Source of the DNA: Candidatus Latescibacterota bacterium | Lineage (GTDB): Bacteria; Latescibacterota; UBA2968; SICM01 | NCBI GenBank assembly: GCA_965217865.1 | Contig: CBDCJO010000002.1 | Location: 4,128,001-4,192,000, forward strand | Direction: 5' to 3' | Length of the DNA stretch: 64,000 nucleotides | Program-made: the position numbers and the translations under genes | In this document: one piece after another, positions 41,181-51,246 of the stretch | How positions within the stretch are numbered: the stretch's first letter is position 1 | How the letters are laid out: each line of letters opens with the position of its first letter | Notes under the pieces: generated by a model | The model's input: the letters and a program-made list of their open reading frames with translations, nothing else | Databases searched by the model: none | What the model was told of the DNA's origin: nothing

Positions 41181-42706
41181 CAGCCCGTTGAAGAACTACC
41201 TTTCAACGCACATAAACGGAAAAGACGCCTGGAGTGCGGGTCAGATAAATCAAGGTAAGGAGATTGAGCAGGAGACGCTGATAAGAGGTTAAAAAGGTGA
41301 CCGAGGGCAGCAAACGTGATTGTAGGACGAGCAGTAGACGCTGCAAGGCCTTGGCCAGGTCCTGGAGGGCCTTCGGAGTACCTACGCCCATCACTTTGCG
41401 CATGAGCAGAGCCAGGTTGCAGCCCCCGATGTGGATCAGCAAACGCTTGAGGATATTGCCGCGGTCTCTCAAGTGCAACCTGCGCATGCCACCGGTATCA
41501 TATGTGTGAGCGATGGTTCTTTCCACCCGTTCTGCACGACTTCGGCGCAAGGCCTTGCCGCGATCTCCCTTGATCCGGCGTCGATTCGCATATACCGCGG
41601 CCTGCTCATCTCGTCGGCCGTTCCACTTGCGGCGTCCCCGATCCGGTTCTGAAATGTAACTCCGGATGCCGCCTTGCTTCAGACTGGTCAATACATCGTT
41701 GCTATGATATCCTTTGTCCGCAACCACCTCCCGTATACGCTGTCTGTGCAAACGTTTGGCAGCTTTTTCGTCCTTCGCGACCTGCTTGAGATTGAGCTGC
41801 GCCTCGAGCAGCGTCCAGGGCAACGACCCGGTATCTCCTTCATCTGCTCCCGACAACGCCACTGCCACAATGGCATTGGTGTCCAGATCCACCGCGTGCT
41901 CCACCTTGTGCGCCATGTGCGTGCGACCGTCCTTCATCTTAGCGATCTTGGCATCCGGGTCGTGCGGGTGCTCCCAGTCCTGGTTCGATCCCTTCTTCGG
42001 TCGCTTCTTATCGATCTTGGACAAGTCCTCGCGGGTAGGCGTTTCAATGCCCGAGGCCTTGGCCAGATTCTCAAGGAATGCCTGGTAGCCTTCACCCGTG
42101 TCACGGCGTACAATGCTGCGCATCGCGGCGTTGGCCTCCAGTGTCGTAGCATCCACGCCCAACGTCTTCCCCTTCACCAGACCCGCTTTGCACAAGACCC
42201 TCAGGATCCACTTGAAAACCGCTTCGTGAACTTCCAAGGGAAGCCGATGCCGGATGCGAGACAGGCTGGAATGATCCGGGGTCTGTTCGTCAAGGGCATA
42301 CCCCAAAAACCGGCGCAACGTCAGCGAGTCAGATACACGCCATTCGATCCCACGTTCCGAATCAAGTCCCTCGAAATACCCAATCAAAAGCATCCGAAAA
42401 TAAACCCCGGGCGGAATGCCCTTGCGACCCATATGAGGAGCGTAATACCGCTGGCAAAGCCCCTCGACGAACTCGTCGAAGCCGTTCGCCCCCAATACCT
42501 GATTCAGCTTCTCGTAGAACGGATGACCCGGAGATTTCACCAAAGTGTTCGATGCGATGAACAGGTTTTCCTGTCTCTGTCGTCCTCGTTTTCCCATTGC
42601 CATTTGCTCGTCCTCCCTTCTCAGTTTGAACCTGATATATCATAGGACCAAACCACAAGGAAAGACAACAGTCATCTTGGCATAAACGCACTTTTTCAAC
42701 AGGCTG
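41181..42706 (-). mobile_element. IS1182/IS5-like element, copy 1 (1526 bp)
   Basis: IRs CAGCCCGTTGAAGAA / CAGCCTGTTGAAAAA; inserted at a CTAG site of the PP2C gene. Confidence 0.9.
41203..42603 (-). CDS. IS1182-family DDE transposase
   Basis: GRKGIPP, TPDHSSLSR, VDATTLEANAA, ADKGY, VER. Confidence 0.9.
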   Translation of the reverse strand: MAMGKRGRQRQENLFIASNTLVKSPGHPFYEKLNQVLGANGFDEFVEGLCQRYYAPHMGRKGIPPGVYFRMLLIGYFEGLDSERGIEWRVSDSLTLRRFLGYALDEQTPDHSSLSRIRHRLPLEVHEAVFKWILRVLCKAGLVKGKTLGVDATTLEANAAMRSIVRRDTGEGYQAFLENLAKASGIETPTREDLSKIDKKRPKKGSNQDWEHPHDPDAKIAKMKDGRTHMAHKVEHAVDLDTNAIVAVALSGADEGDTGSLPWTLLEAQLNLKQVAKDEKAAKRLHRQRIREVVADKGYHSNDVLTSLKQGGIRSYISEPDRGRRKWNGRRDEQAAVYANRRRIKGDRGKALRRSRAERVERTIAHTYDTGGMRRLHLRDRGNILKRLLIHIGGCNLALLMRKVMGVGTPKALQDLAKALQRLLLVLQSRLLPSVTFLTSYQRLLLNLLTLIYLTRTPGVFSVYVR

Positions 42707-43303
42707 CTAGGCATTGTCCTGGCTGACGTGTCGGGACACGCGATGCAGGCTGCCACGGTGGCGATGCGCTTCAACGAGATGTTGCGCTATGAAGTGAGGG
42801 AACGGTACAGTGCACAAGAGATCCTAAAAGGACTGGATCGCGCCTTGAAGGGACATATTCCTCCGGAGATGTTCGTGACCAGCGGCATCGGCGTGCTGGA
42901 TGTGTCTCAGAAATCTCTGGCCTTTGCCAGCGCCGGCAACCCGGAAATGTATCACCTTCGGCGCGAGACCGGTGAGGTTCAGACACTTGGTGTGACAGGT
43001 GTGCCGCTGGGGATGCCTTTGGACCTGGGTGGGATGGATGCATTTGGCAGCAAGGAAACGGCGTTGGGGTCCGGAGATGTGGTGGTATTTGTGTCGGATG
43101 GAATCGAGGAGGCGCAAGACAGCACAGGAGATTTTTACGGCCAGGAGCGTCTGATGTCGGTAATTGGTGAACATAGCCGGGAAAGTGCGTCTGCGGAATG
43201 GCTTCGGGATGCCATTGTAGCAGATGTCCGTCAGTTTCTGGGGGATGTGCCTCAGGGAGATGACTTGACTGTGGTCGTCCTGCGTGTCGGATAGGTTTCC
43301 AAG

Positions 43304-43421
43304 TGGGCTTTCAATCACGAAGCAGTTTGCAGAGCTGTTGGGCAGAACGATTGGCGTGAAGAGCGAGGTGGGGGAGGGATCGGTCTTTATCGTGCAGGTC
43401 CCTGTGGTCAACAAGAACTGA
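43304..43421 (+). pseudogene. C-terminal remnant of a histidine kinase HATPase domain
   Basis: Translates as GLSITKQFAELLGRTIGVKSEVGEGSVFIVQVP (G2 box to end), with no start. Confidence 0.75.
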
Positions 43422-43465
43422 GAAACATGAAAGAATATCCCCTCACCTCACCCGTGTTTCACGTC

Positions 43466-43566
43466 ACATAACACGAGCATCTGTGCTGCGCTCCACTTCG
43501 TTTCGCTTGGCTTCGCCCAACCCTCCCAAAAAACACGGGCGGGTTCACAGATGCCAATCGTTAACC
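43466..43566 (+). repeat. attC-like recombination site
   Basis: ACATAAC...GCATCTGTG...[CCCTCCC/GGGCGGG]...CACAGATGC...GTTAACC imperfect palindrome. Confidence 0.6.
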
Positions 43567-43639
43567 AAAAGTTGCTCCCCAACCATCCCGGAAAAGCGCA
43601 TAGCACACAAAAACGTCGCTCGCACGAAAGCTGATCAGA

Positions 43640-44346
43640 TGCCTCGATTTAACACGTCTGCAGATTTCTTTAATGTATGGGGTGAAGTTTTAACACAACG
43701 AGCCAACGATGCAATTGAGAAGTTATCCTCCCTGCCTGGTTCGTGGAAATGGACCTTTATTGGGGGCGCAGCGTTCATAAGTAGTTGGTGGCGGGTATGC
43801 GATTTACTTGCTTGTGGGAAAAGAGCGTAACATCGCTCTCGACCTCGTTGGTATTCTCAGGACCTTTGCTTGTCGCAGGCCTGCTGTTTTTGGTTCCGCT
43901 GCTGTTAAGGGACAAGACACAAGGGGACATTTTTGGGGTGGTTGTGAAAACCATGTACCGGCAGATCGGATTCGAGATAGTCGGTTTTATATGAAAAAAC
44001 CGGGTGGACTCCTGTGCGGGGTCAACTGGCCTCAACCTTCGACGTCCGTTTTCCGGCATGGCTAGAGTACCTGTGGTGTTATATCAATTTTCACATTCCG
44101 CACCATATTTCTCCAATTATTCCCTGGTATTATCTCAAGGAAGCCGGTCGCGCCATTCGTCAGGCCTATCCGGCCCACTATCAGGAACAAGGGTTCGCTC
44201 TACGCCACCTGACGTGGTTCTACAGAACACCATTCCTGAAAAAGATTGAAGACAAAGGGTACTATGTGTTCGATGCCTCCCACCTGAAAATAGCATCTGT
44301 TATTATAACCAGTCGTGAACCCACTTTGAACCGGGCGGAGCTGTGA
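43640..44346 (+). pseudogene. Degenerate fatty acid desaturase (C-terminal part)
   Basis: INFHIPHHISPIIPWYYL (third His box) in 44014-44346; the upstream hydrophobic segments are frameshifted. Confidence 0.65.
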
Positions 44347-45098
44347 ATCCAGGTGCGATCAAGGTTGTTAGCTGGGACGTCGACGGCACGCTCTATTCCG
44401 TCGGACGTATGACGTGGCAGGTCATCTGTCTGTTCATGCGGGAAGTCGCCTGTGGGCGAGGACTTGCGGCCTACAGGGAGCTGGCAGCGTTGCGGCGCTA
44501 CCGGGCGAGAATCGACGCTGCGCGATCGGCCGGCGGGGCCCTCGGCGTAGAGTTGCAGGAGACCTGCCGGCCGGCGCTGTTGAACGTGGAGCAACACTGG
44601 TATGGCCGTGCGATTCGGCAAACCGGCCCAAGGGCGGGTGTCACCGAGCTGCTCACCTTTTTTTCTGAGAGAGACATTCCCCAAGTCACACTCTCGGACT
44701 ATCAGGCGGGGTACAAGCTCGAGTCCCTAGGACTCGCAGATCGATTCGCCTCGACCTATGCAGGGGAGTGCCTGGGGTTCGTGAAGCCCAGTCCAGTGGG
44801 CTTTGAGCGTATCGCCACCGACTTTGGGATTCCCACGGACGGCCTTTTGCACATCGGCGACCGGGCTGACATGGACGGCGCCGGAGCGAGCGCAGCAGGG
44901 TGCCGGTGCCTGATTCTCGGGCGAGATTTTCGGAGCTTTGACGCGCTGCTGAGGGAATTCCAGTCCGCAGCGACTTGTCTTCCCGGTTTCCTGAATCGTA
45001 GACCACGGACCACAGCCAAACCGCTAAAGCCATCGTCCATCGTCATTTTGTTGTTCCAAACGACTCCCACGTGCGCTGATAAAGCGGCAGGAACTTGA
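44343..45098 (+). CDS. HAD-family hydrolase
   Basis: WDVDGTLY, LSD, KP, HIGDRADMDG. Confidence 0.88.
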   Translation: MNPGAIKVVSWDVDGTLYSVGRMTWQVICLFMREVACGRGLAAYRELAALRRYRARIDAARSAGGALGVELQETCRPALLNVEQHWYGRAIRQTGPRAGVTELLTFFSERDIPQVTLSDYQAGYKLESLGLADRFASTYAGECLGFVKPSPVGFERIATDFGIPTDGLLHIGDRADMDGAGASAAGCRCLILGRDFRSFDALLREFQSAATCLPGFLNRRPRTTAKPLKPSSIVILLFQTTPTCADKAAGT

Positions 45099-46635
45099 AC
45101 TGGGTCTCCCAGGTGTGACGATGTCGAGCGCCGCCTATCCGGTCGACGAAATCGGTGAGTGGCATACGCATGAACCCTACCGGTCCGAGTCGCCTGCTCT
45201 CACGCTTGTCTTTGTACTCGCGGTTCACCTCACCCAGCAGTACGTCGCAGCGCCTGGCCACCTCATCCCCTGAAATCTCAGCACCCCCGCAGGACCCGCC
45301 GATGAGGACGATCTTGTAATGGGGAACCGACTCGCCAGCAGGTTGAGACGGCACACAGGTCAAAAAATCCTCAGACCCAAGCCAGGAAAACGTCTCGCGG
45401 AGCTTCTGAAATACGCTACTCACATGCTCGGCCGTCAGCTTCTCGCCGGTAAAGGAATATTCAAGGCCGCGTCGGCGTTGAAAATGCAGATCGGGCAGTC
45501 CCGCAACATCCCCCCTGCACAGAAAGAGGTCGCCGGTCTGGTAGCGGCGCAATCCGTACGGATCGCTCACAACCATCGCGTATATCTTCCCCACCTGAAG
45601 CCGATCCGCGCTCAGCAGATTCTCAGGCCGGTCCGCCGCGTCCTCCTCGATAAACTCATAGAGCACGCCGCTCGCCAGCGGCAGAAACGCGACGGTATCA
45701 CCGCGAAAGTGGCTCACCGTCTCCACGGTCTCCGTCGACATAGAATACATGGGAATGAGCCGATAGCGCTCGGGCGGAAGATAGGACGCGAGTCGATCCA
45801 GGAACGGCTTGACATAGCCACCCGTCCAGCAGACATAGGCCTCCACCGCCGGCGCGCAAGCCTGCAAAGGAAGCGGCGAATGGCTGGTTGCGATGCGCAT
45901 GAGACGCTCGTTGCTGCCGCGCGAGGCAAGGCGGCGGGCGAGTGTGCGGACCGCAGCATCGAAAGTCTGGGGCTGCTTGCAAAAGTCTCTGACCAGCCTG
46001 GCGCTTTGTTGCCAGTTTGTGGCAAGCTCATCGAGGAAGGTTGAAAGCGTCGAAGGATTGGTGCTATAGAGAACGCCGGGATTTGCGATAGCCAGGATCC
46101 ACAACCGCACAGCCGTCGCTCCGTAAACAGACGCCAGGGCCTGAATTGCCGGATGGCCCTGCGCCCGATACGACGCCTGAAGCGTAGCCAGGTACGGCGG
46201 CAGACGGGTCTCGTCGAGCAGCATGGACGTGAGCGAATCGTCTTTGCTGAGTGAACTGAAAAGGTAGAGGCTCTTGCGCCGAATCGGCAGCGCCCAGTAG
46301 CAGCGGGCAAAAACGCTTAGATAAGTCCATCTGACCGAGCGCAGGCGCCTCTTAGTATAGAGAATGCGTTTGGGGCTGGTGGTCGAGCCCGAGGTCAGGC
46401 CGAACCTTGCGTCGGAACCGGCCCGAGAAGCCGCATTCTGAATGTGTTGCTCAAGCTCGAATCCATAGGACAGGACCGGCGTATCTGCGGTGATCTCGTA
46501 GCGCTGCCTGAGGCGTTTCTGGTTCCAGACAAAGGCGCGTATTTTGATCCGGTGGACGATTTCCAGCGCCAGCCCGAGCCCTGTGAGGCCAAACCCGATG
46601 AGCCAGCGCAGGCAGTCGTTGATTAGGCCTCTCAT
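45043..46635 (-). CDS. GH3-family acyl-adenylating ligase
   Basis: LTSGSTTSPK, YSMSTE, LYEFI, GLRRYQTGD, FTGEKL. Start MRGLIN overlaps the upstream stop. Confidence 0.8.
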   Translation of the reverse strand: MRGLINDCLRWLIGFGLTGLGLALEIVHRIKIRAFVWNQKRLRQRYEITADTPVLSYGFELEQHIQNAASRAGSDARFGLTSGSTTSPKRILYTKRRLRSVRWTYLSVFARCYWALPIRRKSLYLFSSLSKDDSLTSMLLDETRLPPYLATLQASYRAQGHPAIQALASVYGATAVRLWILAIANPGVLYSTNPSTLSTFLDELATNWQQSARLVRDFCKQPQTFDAAVRTLARRLASRGSNERLMRIATSHSPLPLQACAPAVEAYVCWTGGYVKPFLDRLASYLPPERYRLIPMYSMSTETVETVSHFRGDTVAFLPLASGVLYEFIEEDAADRPENLLSADRLQVGKIYAMVVSDPYGLRRYQTGDLFLCRGDVAGLPDLHFQRRRGLEYSFTGEKLTAEHVSSVFQKLRETFSWLGSEDFLTCVPSQPAGESVPHYKIVLIGGSCGGAEISGDEVARRCDVLLGEVNREYKDKRESRRLGPVGFMRMPLTDFVDRIGGARHRHTWETQFKFLPLYQRTWESFGTTK

Positions 46636-47891
46636 GTCAGTTCTCGCTGCGCCAGGGCGATCTGCTCTTGGTACATCTCCACCAGGCGCTGGATGTCCCC
46701 GGATGTGAGCAGACCCGGATCGTAGGTGAAGGTGACCCACGTCTGATCCCGAAGGGTCGTGGCGTTGATCGCCACTGCGTAGCGGGCGTGCAGCTGGCCG
46801 ATGAACTCGATCTTTTCCACATGCTGAAAAAGCCTGTCGTCCTGTCCGTCCCACCTTTCGGCGTGGGAAAACACGCCGGTGGTCACATCGACCCAGGGGC
46901 GATTGAGATAGCAGCGCAGGAGCGGAACGCTTGCCCACACGGGCAGGCGTGTAAGCGGGTGGCTCCGGGGAACGGCCCATTCCCCATGCTGCTTGGACCA
47001 AGCGACCTGCCGGCGGATCTCGCGGCACTTGTCGAGCAGCGAGGCGTTATCGGTATACCGGGCGTAGATGCGGATCCGACTGGCGCCATTACCAAACCCC
47101 TCAAACGGCTGCTGACGGATGTTGACCGGCAACAGGAGCCCCACCTTTTGCCTGTGGCTTGTATTGTGCGCGCAGTTCCAGCGGACGAAGACCTCGAGGG
47201 CACACGTGGCCAGCAGATCGTTGTAGGTAAACCCACCGATCTTGCGGGACCGCTCGCGCAAATCGACGGCCGGAACCTCGATGGTGTGCCACCGTCGTGC
47301 ACGCGAACTCCGAGCACGCGGGCTCCACAAATGGTGCGCAGGTCCGAGATAGGAGAACCGGCTCTTTTTCACGGGCGAGGGATGACGGCGCAAAGGGAGT
47401 TCCTGGAAGGGGGAAACCTCGGTCACCGGGCTTTGTTGGCCGTATGCTACCCTGAGCTGATGGCCCAGCCACATCGTTGCGCTCAAATAGTCGGCTACCG
47501 CGTGGTGAAAGCGCGTGACTAGTTTCGCACTGTCGTTGGCGCCGTCTATGATCACGAGCTGTTGCACGGGCACCTGTCGTCGCGGGTTAAAAGGGCCGTC
47601 TATGAAGGCTTCGATGGCCCCGGTGATCGTCTCATCGGAGGTCGCTTCTGCGGCCGCGACGCCAACGGCTGGCTCGGCAAAGTGGGCCCACTGCTTGCCA
47701 TCGATGTACGAGCCCGTCGCCGGATAGCGGTTTCTCGCGCTTCTCGCCCCGGCTTGCAAGGCCTCGATGTTTGGGGCCTTCTTGACGTGAAGCACCAGGG
47801 TGAAGTCGAGGGGGCGCTTGGGGCTGTCCATCACGCACAAGATGAGATCCAGGGGCGACAGACTGGCGGTGTCAGTTAATTGTGGACTCAT
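46632..47891 (-). CDS. Stand-alone condensation-domain-like CoA-dependent acyltransferase
   Basis: LSPLD, FHHAVAD (HHxxxD), TYNDLL, LPVNIR, FGN, FTYDP. Confidence 0.8.
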   Translation of the reverse strand: MSPQLTDTASLSPLDLILCVMDSPKRPLDFTLVLHVKKAPNIEALQAGARSARNRYPATGSYIDGKQWAHFAEPAVGVAAAEATSDETITGAIEAFIDGPFNPRRQVPVQQLVIIDGANDSAKLVTRFHHAVADYLSATMWLGHQLRVAYGQQSPVTEVSPFQELPLRRHPSPVKKSRFSYLGPAHHLWSPRARSSRARRWHTIEVPAVDLRERSRKIGGFTYNDLLATCALEVFVRWNCAHNTSHRQKVGLLLPVNIRQQPFEGFGNGASRIRIYARYTDNASLLDKCREIRRQVAWSKQHGEWAVPRSHPLTRLPVWASVPLLRCYLNRPWVDVTTGVFSHAERWDGQDDRLFQHVEKIEFIGQLHARYAVAINATTLRDQTWVTFTYDPGLLTSGDIQRLVEMYQEQIALAQRELT

Positions 47892-48786
47892 TGCTCTGAG
47901 AATCGGGCCGGATGTCCCGTTGGGGCAGGAATCGCTGCCACCAGCCGGTCGGCGTGTCCTCCACGTAATTCTTCAGTTCGATCCAGGTGAGCTTGGGCTG
48001 CAAGTGGTGTAGCCGGTGCATCGAGAGACCCAAAGAGAACCAGTACATGAGTCGGCCGTAGTAGTTGTGGGAACGCGATTCGGCACAACCGGTTGAAAAC
48101 CCCTCGTGGGTCTTGAAGGCGAAGGGGTACCACAGAAGGATTGAGACAAGGACCAGCGCGGGGACCATGCCCCAAAACAGGCGGGACGGGCCCACAAACG
48201 CCAGGATGATGCCATACACTGCGAAGATCCCGAGGTAGTTCAGCACCAGATCGACCACATCCTGTTTTTTGATGCGGCCACGCTTCATCAGCCAGAAGAA
48301 CCACTGATGGGGCATGGCAATGGCGCGCAATGGCAATTCCAGGACATGGCGCGGCTTCATAAAATGATCGGGATCCTTGCCCGGGATATTCGTGTTGGCG
48401 TGATGCAAGCGATGGGTCTTCCTGAAATTCGTGAAGGGAACCATGCTGGGGAGCAAGGCGAGGCGTCCCCACGAGAAGTTGGCCGCCTTCGTACGGCCCA
48501 GATGGCCGTGGGTACCTTCATGAGCCATGACGGTACCGATGAACATAATGTAGGTCCGGAACAGCACGTCGATGACGTATAGGAAGGGATTCGAGGGCTG
48601 TAAGAAGAGCGGGCCAAACGAGGCCACGACGACCGCGCAGATCACCAACCGACTGAGCAAGTAGACCTGAGAGCAGGTCCAACGGGTCCGAATGCTCGTG
48701 TCTTCCACGGTGCTAATAGAATCCCTCGTAAGTTGTCTCCTTCCACAGGTGGTCATAAACGACAACAACTGTCTTATGGATCTCAT
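47872..48786 (-). CDS. Membrane fatty acid desaturase
   Basis: His boxes HEGTH, HRLHH, HRLHH; DPD. Confidence 0.88.
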   Translation of the reverse strand: MRSIRQLLSFMTTCGRRQLTRDSISTVEDTSIRTRWTCSQVYLLSRLVICAVVVASFGPLFLQPSNPFLYVIDVLFRTYIMFIGTVMAHEGTHGHLGRTKAANFSWGRLALLPSMVPFTNFRKTHRLHHANTNIPGKDPDHFMKPRHVLELPLRAIAMPHQWFFWLMKRGRIKKQDVVDLVLNYLGIFAVYGIILAFVGPSRLFWGMVPALVLVSILLWYPFAFKTHEGFSTGCAESRSHNYYGRLMYWFSLGLSMHRLHHLQPKLTWIELKNYVEDTPTGWWQRFLPQRDIRPDSQSNESTIN

Positions 48787-48846
48787 GGCTTATCTCCTTC
48801 TTAACGTGGACATCTGTATGCGTCTTTTTTCTTGTTAACAGGAGAA

Positions 48847-49020
48847 TGCAAATCGTGAGCCATTTCCCTTAGGGCACCCATTTGAGAGGGTTGGTTTTGT
48901 TTTAAGCTTATAAAATTTAATATCTTATAATATAATTTCGTTTTGTTTTTATATTCTCATCCCTCCTGAGTCGCATCGTTGGGGGATTTTTGTTGTTGCG
49001 CAAAATTGCGCATTATTGCA
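48847..49020 (-). promoter_or_regulatory. sigma54 promoter/enhancer module (copy B)
   Basis: TGGCTC-ACGAT-TTGCA at 48862-48847; UAS TGCAATAATGCGCAATTTTGCGCAA at 49020-48996; homologous to 33141-33301. Confidence 0.8.
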
Positions 49021-49067
49021 TGATTGTTACGCAAGATCTCGTGAACGCTTGCACCTGGGGGGACACG

Positions 49068-51074
49068 ATGGCCAAACGGACCGCTTCTACTCAGAAGGTT
49101 GTCGAACCCGGTGTTCTGCAACGGCTTCGCAGGGCCGTACAAACCAGTGGTTTGACCGCTGATATTTCTTCCAAAGGCACGCTGACACAGCAGATTCTGG
49201 TGACCGGTCGAGTTGCACAAACCACGGTCAACTACCTGAGCTCTCTTAATCCGGCCGCAGGACAGAACCTGGCCGAAGAGCTTCAGGCGCTTGCCAGCTC
49301 CGAGGAATTCGAATTGCTCATGGAGGGCAGGGGATATACCTTCTTCCACGTTGTCCAGTTTCTCTATGAGTTTGCCAAACAGTATGCCGGTTTACCCGAC
49401 GTTCATGCTTTTTGTGTCGGCGTGGGAAGGGCCGGAGGGGGACTGCAAATAAGACCTGAAACAGACATCATCAGCCTCATCCGTCTGGTGGTTACGGCCA
49501 TGCCTGCCGCCGAGGATCAACACAGCATCGGGTTGTTGGTCCAGTCGCTGGCACCGTTGATGCTGGACAAGGTTTTCGTCACCGGCGACTTTCATATCGA
49601 GGTGCTTCAAGAGCAGGAGGACCGGCTCAGGGTCTCGCTTGAATACGCTGATGGAGGCCAGGTAGAAACCTATCTTAAAGCGTTCGGGCTGGAGAGAGAT
49701 ACCGGGACTTTCTTCTTAAATTCTGCGCTGCAGATTCAGGGGACCATAGAGGTGGGATTGCGCACGCTTGCGCAAAATATGAGGCGCTATATGAAGATGA
49801 AAGTCCTTGTTGAGGATAGACATAAGAAGGATCTGGAGGAGATCGAACAGACCTGTTCCTGTGCCTGGACGATTACCTGGAGGCCTGAGATTCGACTGCG
49901 CCGGCTAACCGGTCCAGACAAGATCCTGGCCCAGGGGCGCACGATCTACGAGACCCTGCATCGGAGGGATTTAGAGTATTTCCAGGAACGGATCAAAACC
50001 CTGGAGATGCGGGTGCAGGCCTTAGAGGAGGGAGATCACTTCCACGAGTTGATCGGCAAGAGTCTCGAGATGCGTCAGGTCTATCGGACGATCCAGCAGG
50101 TGGCGGCATCCGATCTGACGGTGTTGATCCGGGGGGAGACCGGGACGGGCAAGGATCTGGCGGCGGTGGCGATCCACGAGAGCAGTTCGCGCAGGGATCG
50201 GCCTTTTGTGGCGGTGAACTGTGCGGCGTTCCTCGAGACGCTTTTGGAGAGCGAACTCTTCGGATACGAGAAAGGGGCATTTACCGGGGCGGATAGGACG
50301 AAACCGGGGCGGTTCGAACTGGCCGATGGGGGCACGCTGTTCCTGGATGAGGTGGGCGATATTCCGATTACGACACAGGTCAAGCTGCTCCGGGTGCTGG
50401 AGACCCAGGCTTTTGAACGCGTGGGGGGAACAGAGACGATCCAGACCGATGTGCGTATCATTGGGGCAACCCATCGGGATCTAGAGGATATGATTCCCAG
50501 GGGAGAATTCCGTGAGGATTTTTATTTTCGCCTGAATGTGCTGCCTGTGAACATGCCCCCTTTAAGGGCGCATCGAGAGGATATTCCGATGCTTGCACAA
50601 CGCTTTCTGGAGCGGAGTGCAAGACGTTCCGGCAAAACGATCAAGGGATTTTCGCGCGGGGCAATGCAACGGCTTCTGAACCATTCGTGGCCGGGGAATC
50701 CCCGGGAGCTTCAGAATGTTATCGAACGGGCGGTTGTGGTTTATGCGACGGGGTCGACCATCACAGAACCCAATATCTCTCAAGCCCTGGGCATCCAGGA
50801 ACGCAGGGAGCCGTCGGCTGCGTTGAATCTAAGGCACCAGCAGGTTCTGGAGGCGATTGGTCAGGCGGAAGGATGTACGGTTGAGGACTTGATGGACCGC
50901 GTCGCATCTGCGGTGCGAGGGGGAGGCCGCCGTTCCCGGAGGACGCTTCAAAACGATCTGAGGAAGCTGACGGAAATGGGATACCTCACCTGGCATAAAC
51001 AGGGGAGCGCCCGGTATTATATGGTGACTTCAGAGGGACAGGAAGTGCTTCAAATATATTCGGATCGGTCGTAA
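49068..51074 (+). CDS. sigma54-dependent enhancer-binding activator with unknown N-terminal sensor and C-terminal winged HTH
   Basis: GETGTGKD, ESELFG, GAFTGA, FLDEVG, WPGNPRELQN; C-terminal SRRTLQNDLRKL. Confidence 0.93.
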   Translation: MAKRTASTQKVVEPGVLQRLRRAVQTSGLTADISSKGTLTQQILVTGRVAQTTVNYLSSLNPAAGQNLAEELQALASSEEFELLMEGRGYTFFHVVQFLYEFAKQYAGLPDVHAFCVGVGRAGGGLQIRPETDIISLIRLVVTAMPAAEDQHSIGLLVQSLAPLMLDKVFVTGDFHIEVLQEQEDRLRVSLEYADGGQVETYLKAFGLERDTGTFFLNSALQIQGTIEVGLRTLAQNMRRYMKMKVLVEDRHKKDLEEIEQTCSCAWTITWRPEIRLRRLTGPDKILAQGRTIYETLHRRDLEYFQERIKTLEMRVQALEEGDHFHELIGKSLEMRQVYRTIQQVAASDLTVLIRGETGTGKDLAAVAIHESSSRRDRPFVAVNCAAFLETLLESELFGYEKGAFTGADRTKPGRFELADGGTLFLDEVGDIPITTQVKLLRVLETQAFERVGGTETIQTDVRIIGATHRDLEDMIPRGEFREDFYFRLNVLPVNMPPLRAHREDIPMLAQRFLERSARRSGKTIKGFSRGAMQRLLNHSWPGNPRELQNVIERAVVVYATGSTITEPNISQALGIQERREPSAALNLRHQQVLEAIGQAEGCTVEDLMDRVASAVRGGGRRSRRTLQNDLRKLTEMGYLTWHKQGSARYYMVTSEGQEVLQIYSDRS

Positions 51075-51246
51075 CCAGCTTAGGCTTGTACAAAACGCCC
51101 GTTGGGGTTTTGCCCCACTATGTTGGTTTCTCGGAATCGTGCCAATGCCGCATAACGATTTCAGGCACTCCCGAACCTGCCGAAGGCAGGTTTCTGCGGA
51201 GTGTCAGCGAAGCTTGGGAGTACCGTGTTATAGGAAGTTGCGGGAT

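Larger units (their letters stand above)
35887..43294 (+). pseudogene. Two-component-regulator propeller + Y_Y_Y + TM + GAF-like + SpoIIE/PP2C phosphatase, broken by 2 frameshifts and 2 IS
   Basis: Repeats SIFQDREGxLWFGT-GGVSRYDG. Frameshifts at about 37701 and 37875. Removing the IS elements restores KTTHT-RRVEY and TKL-GIVLADVSGH. PP2C motifs VGGDYY, SDG, DDLT. Confidence 0.88.
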
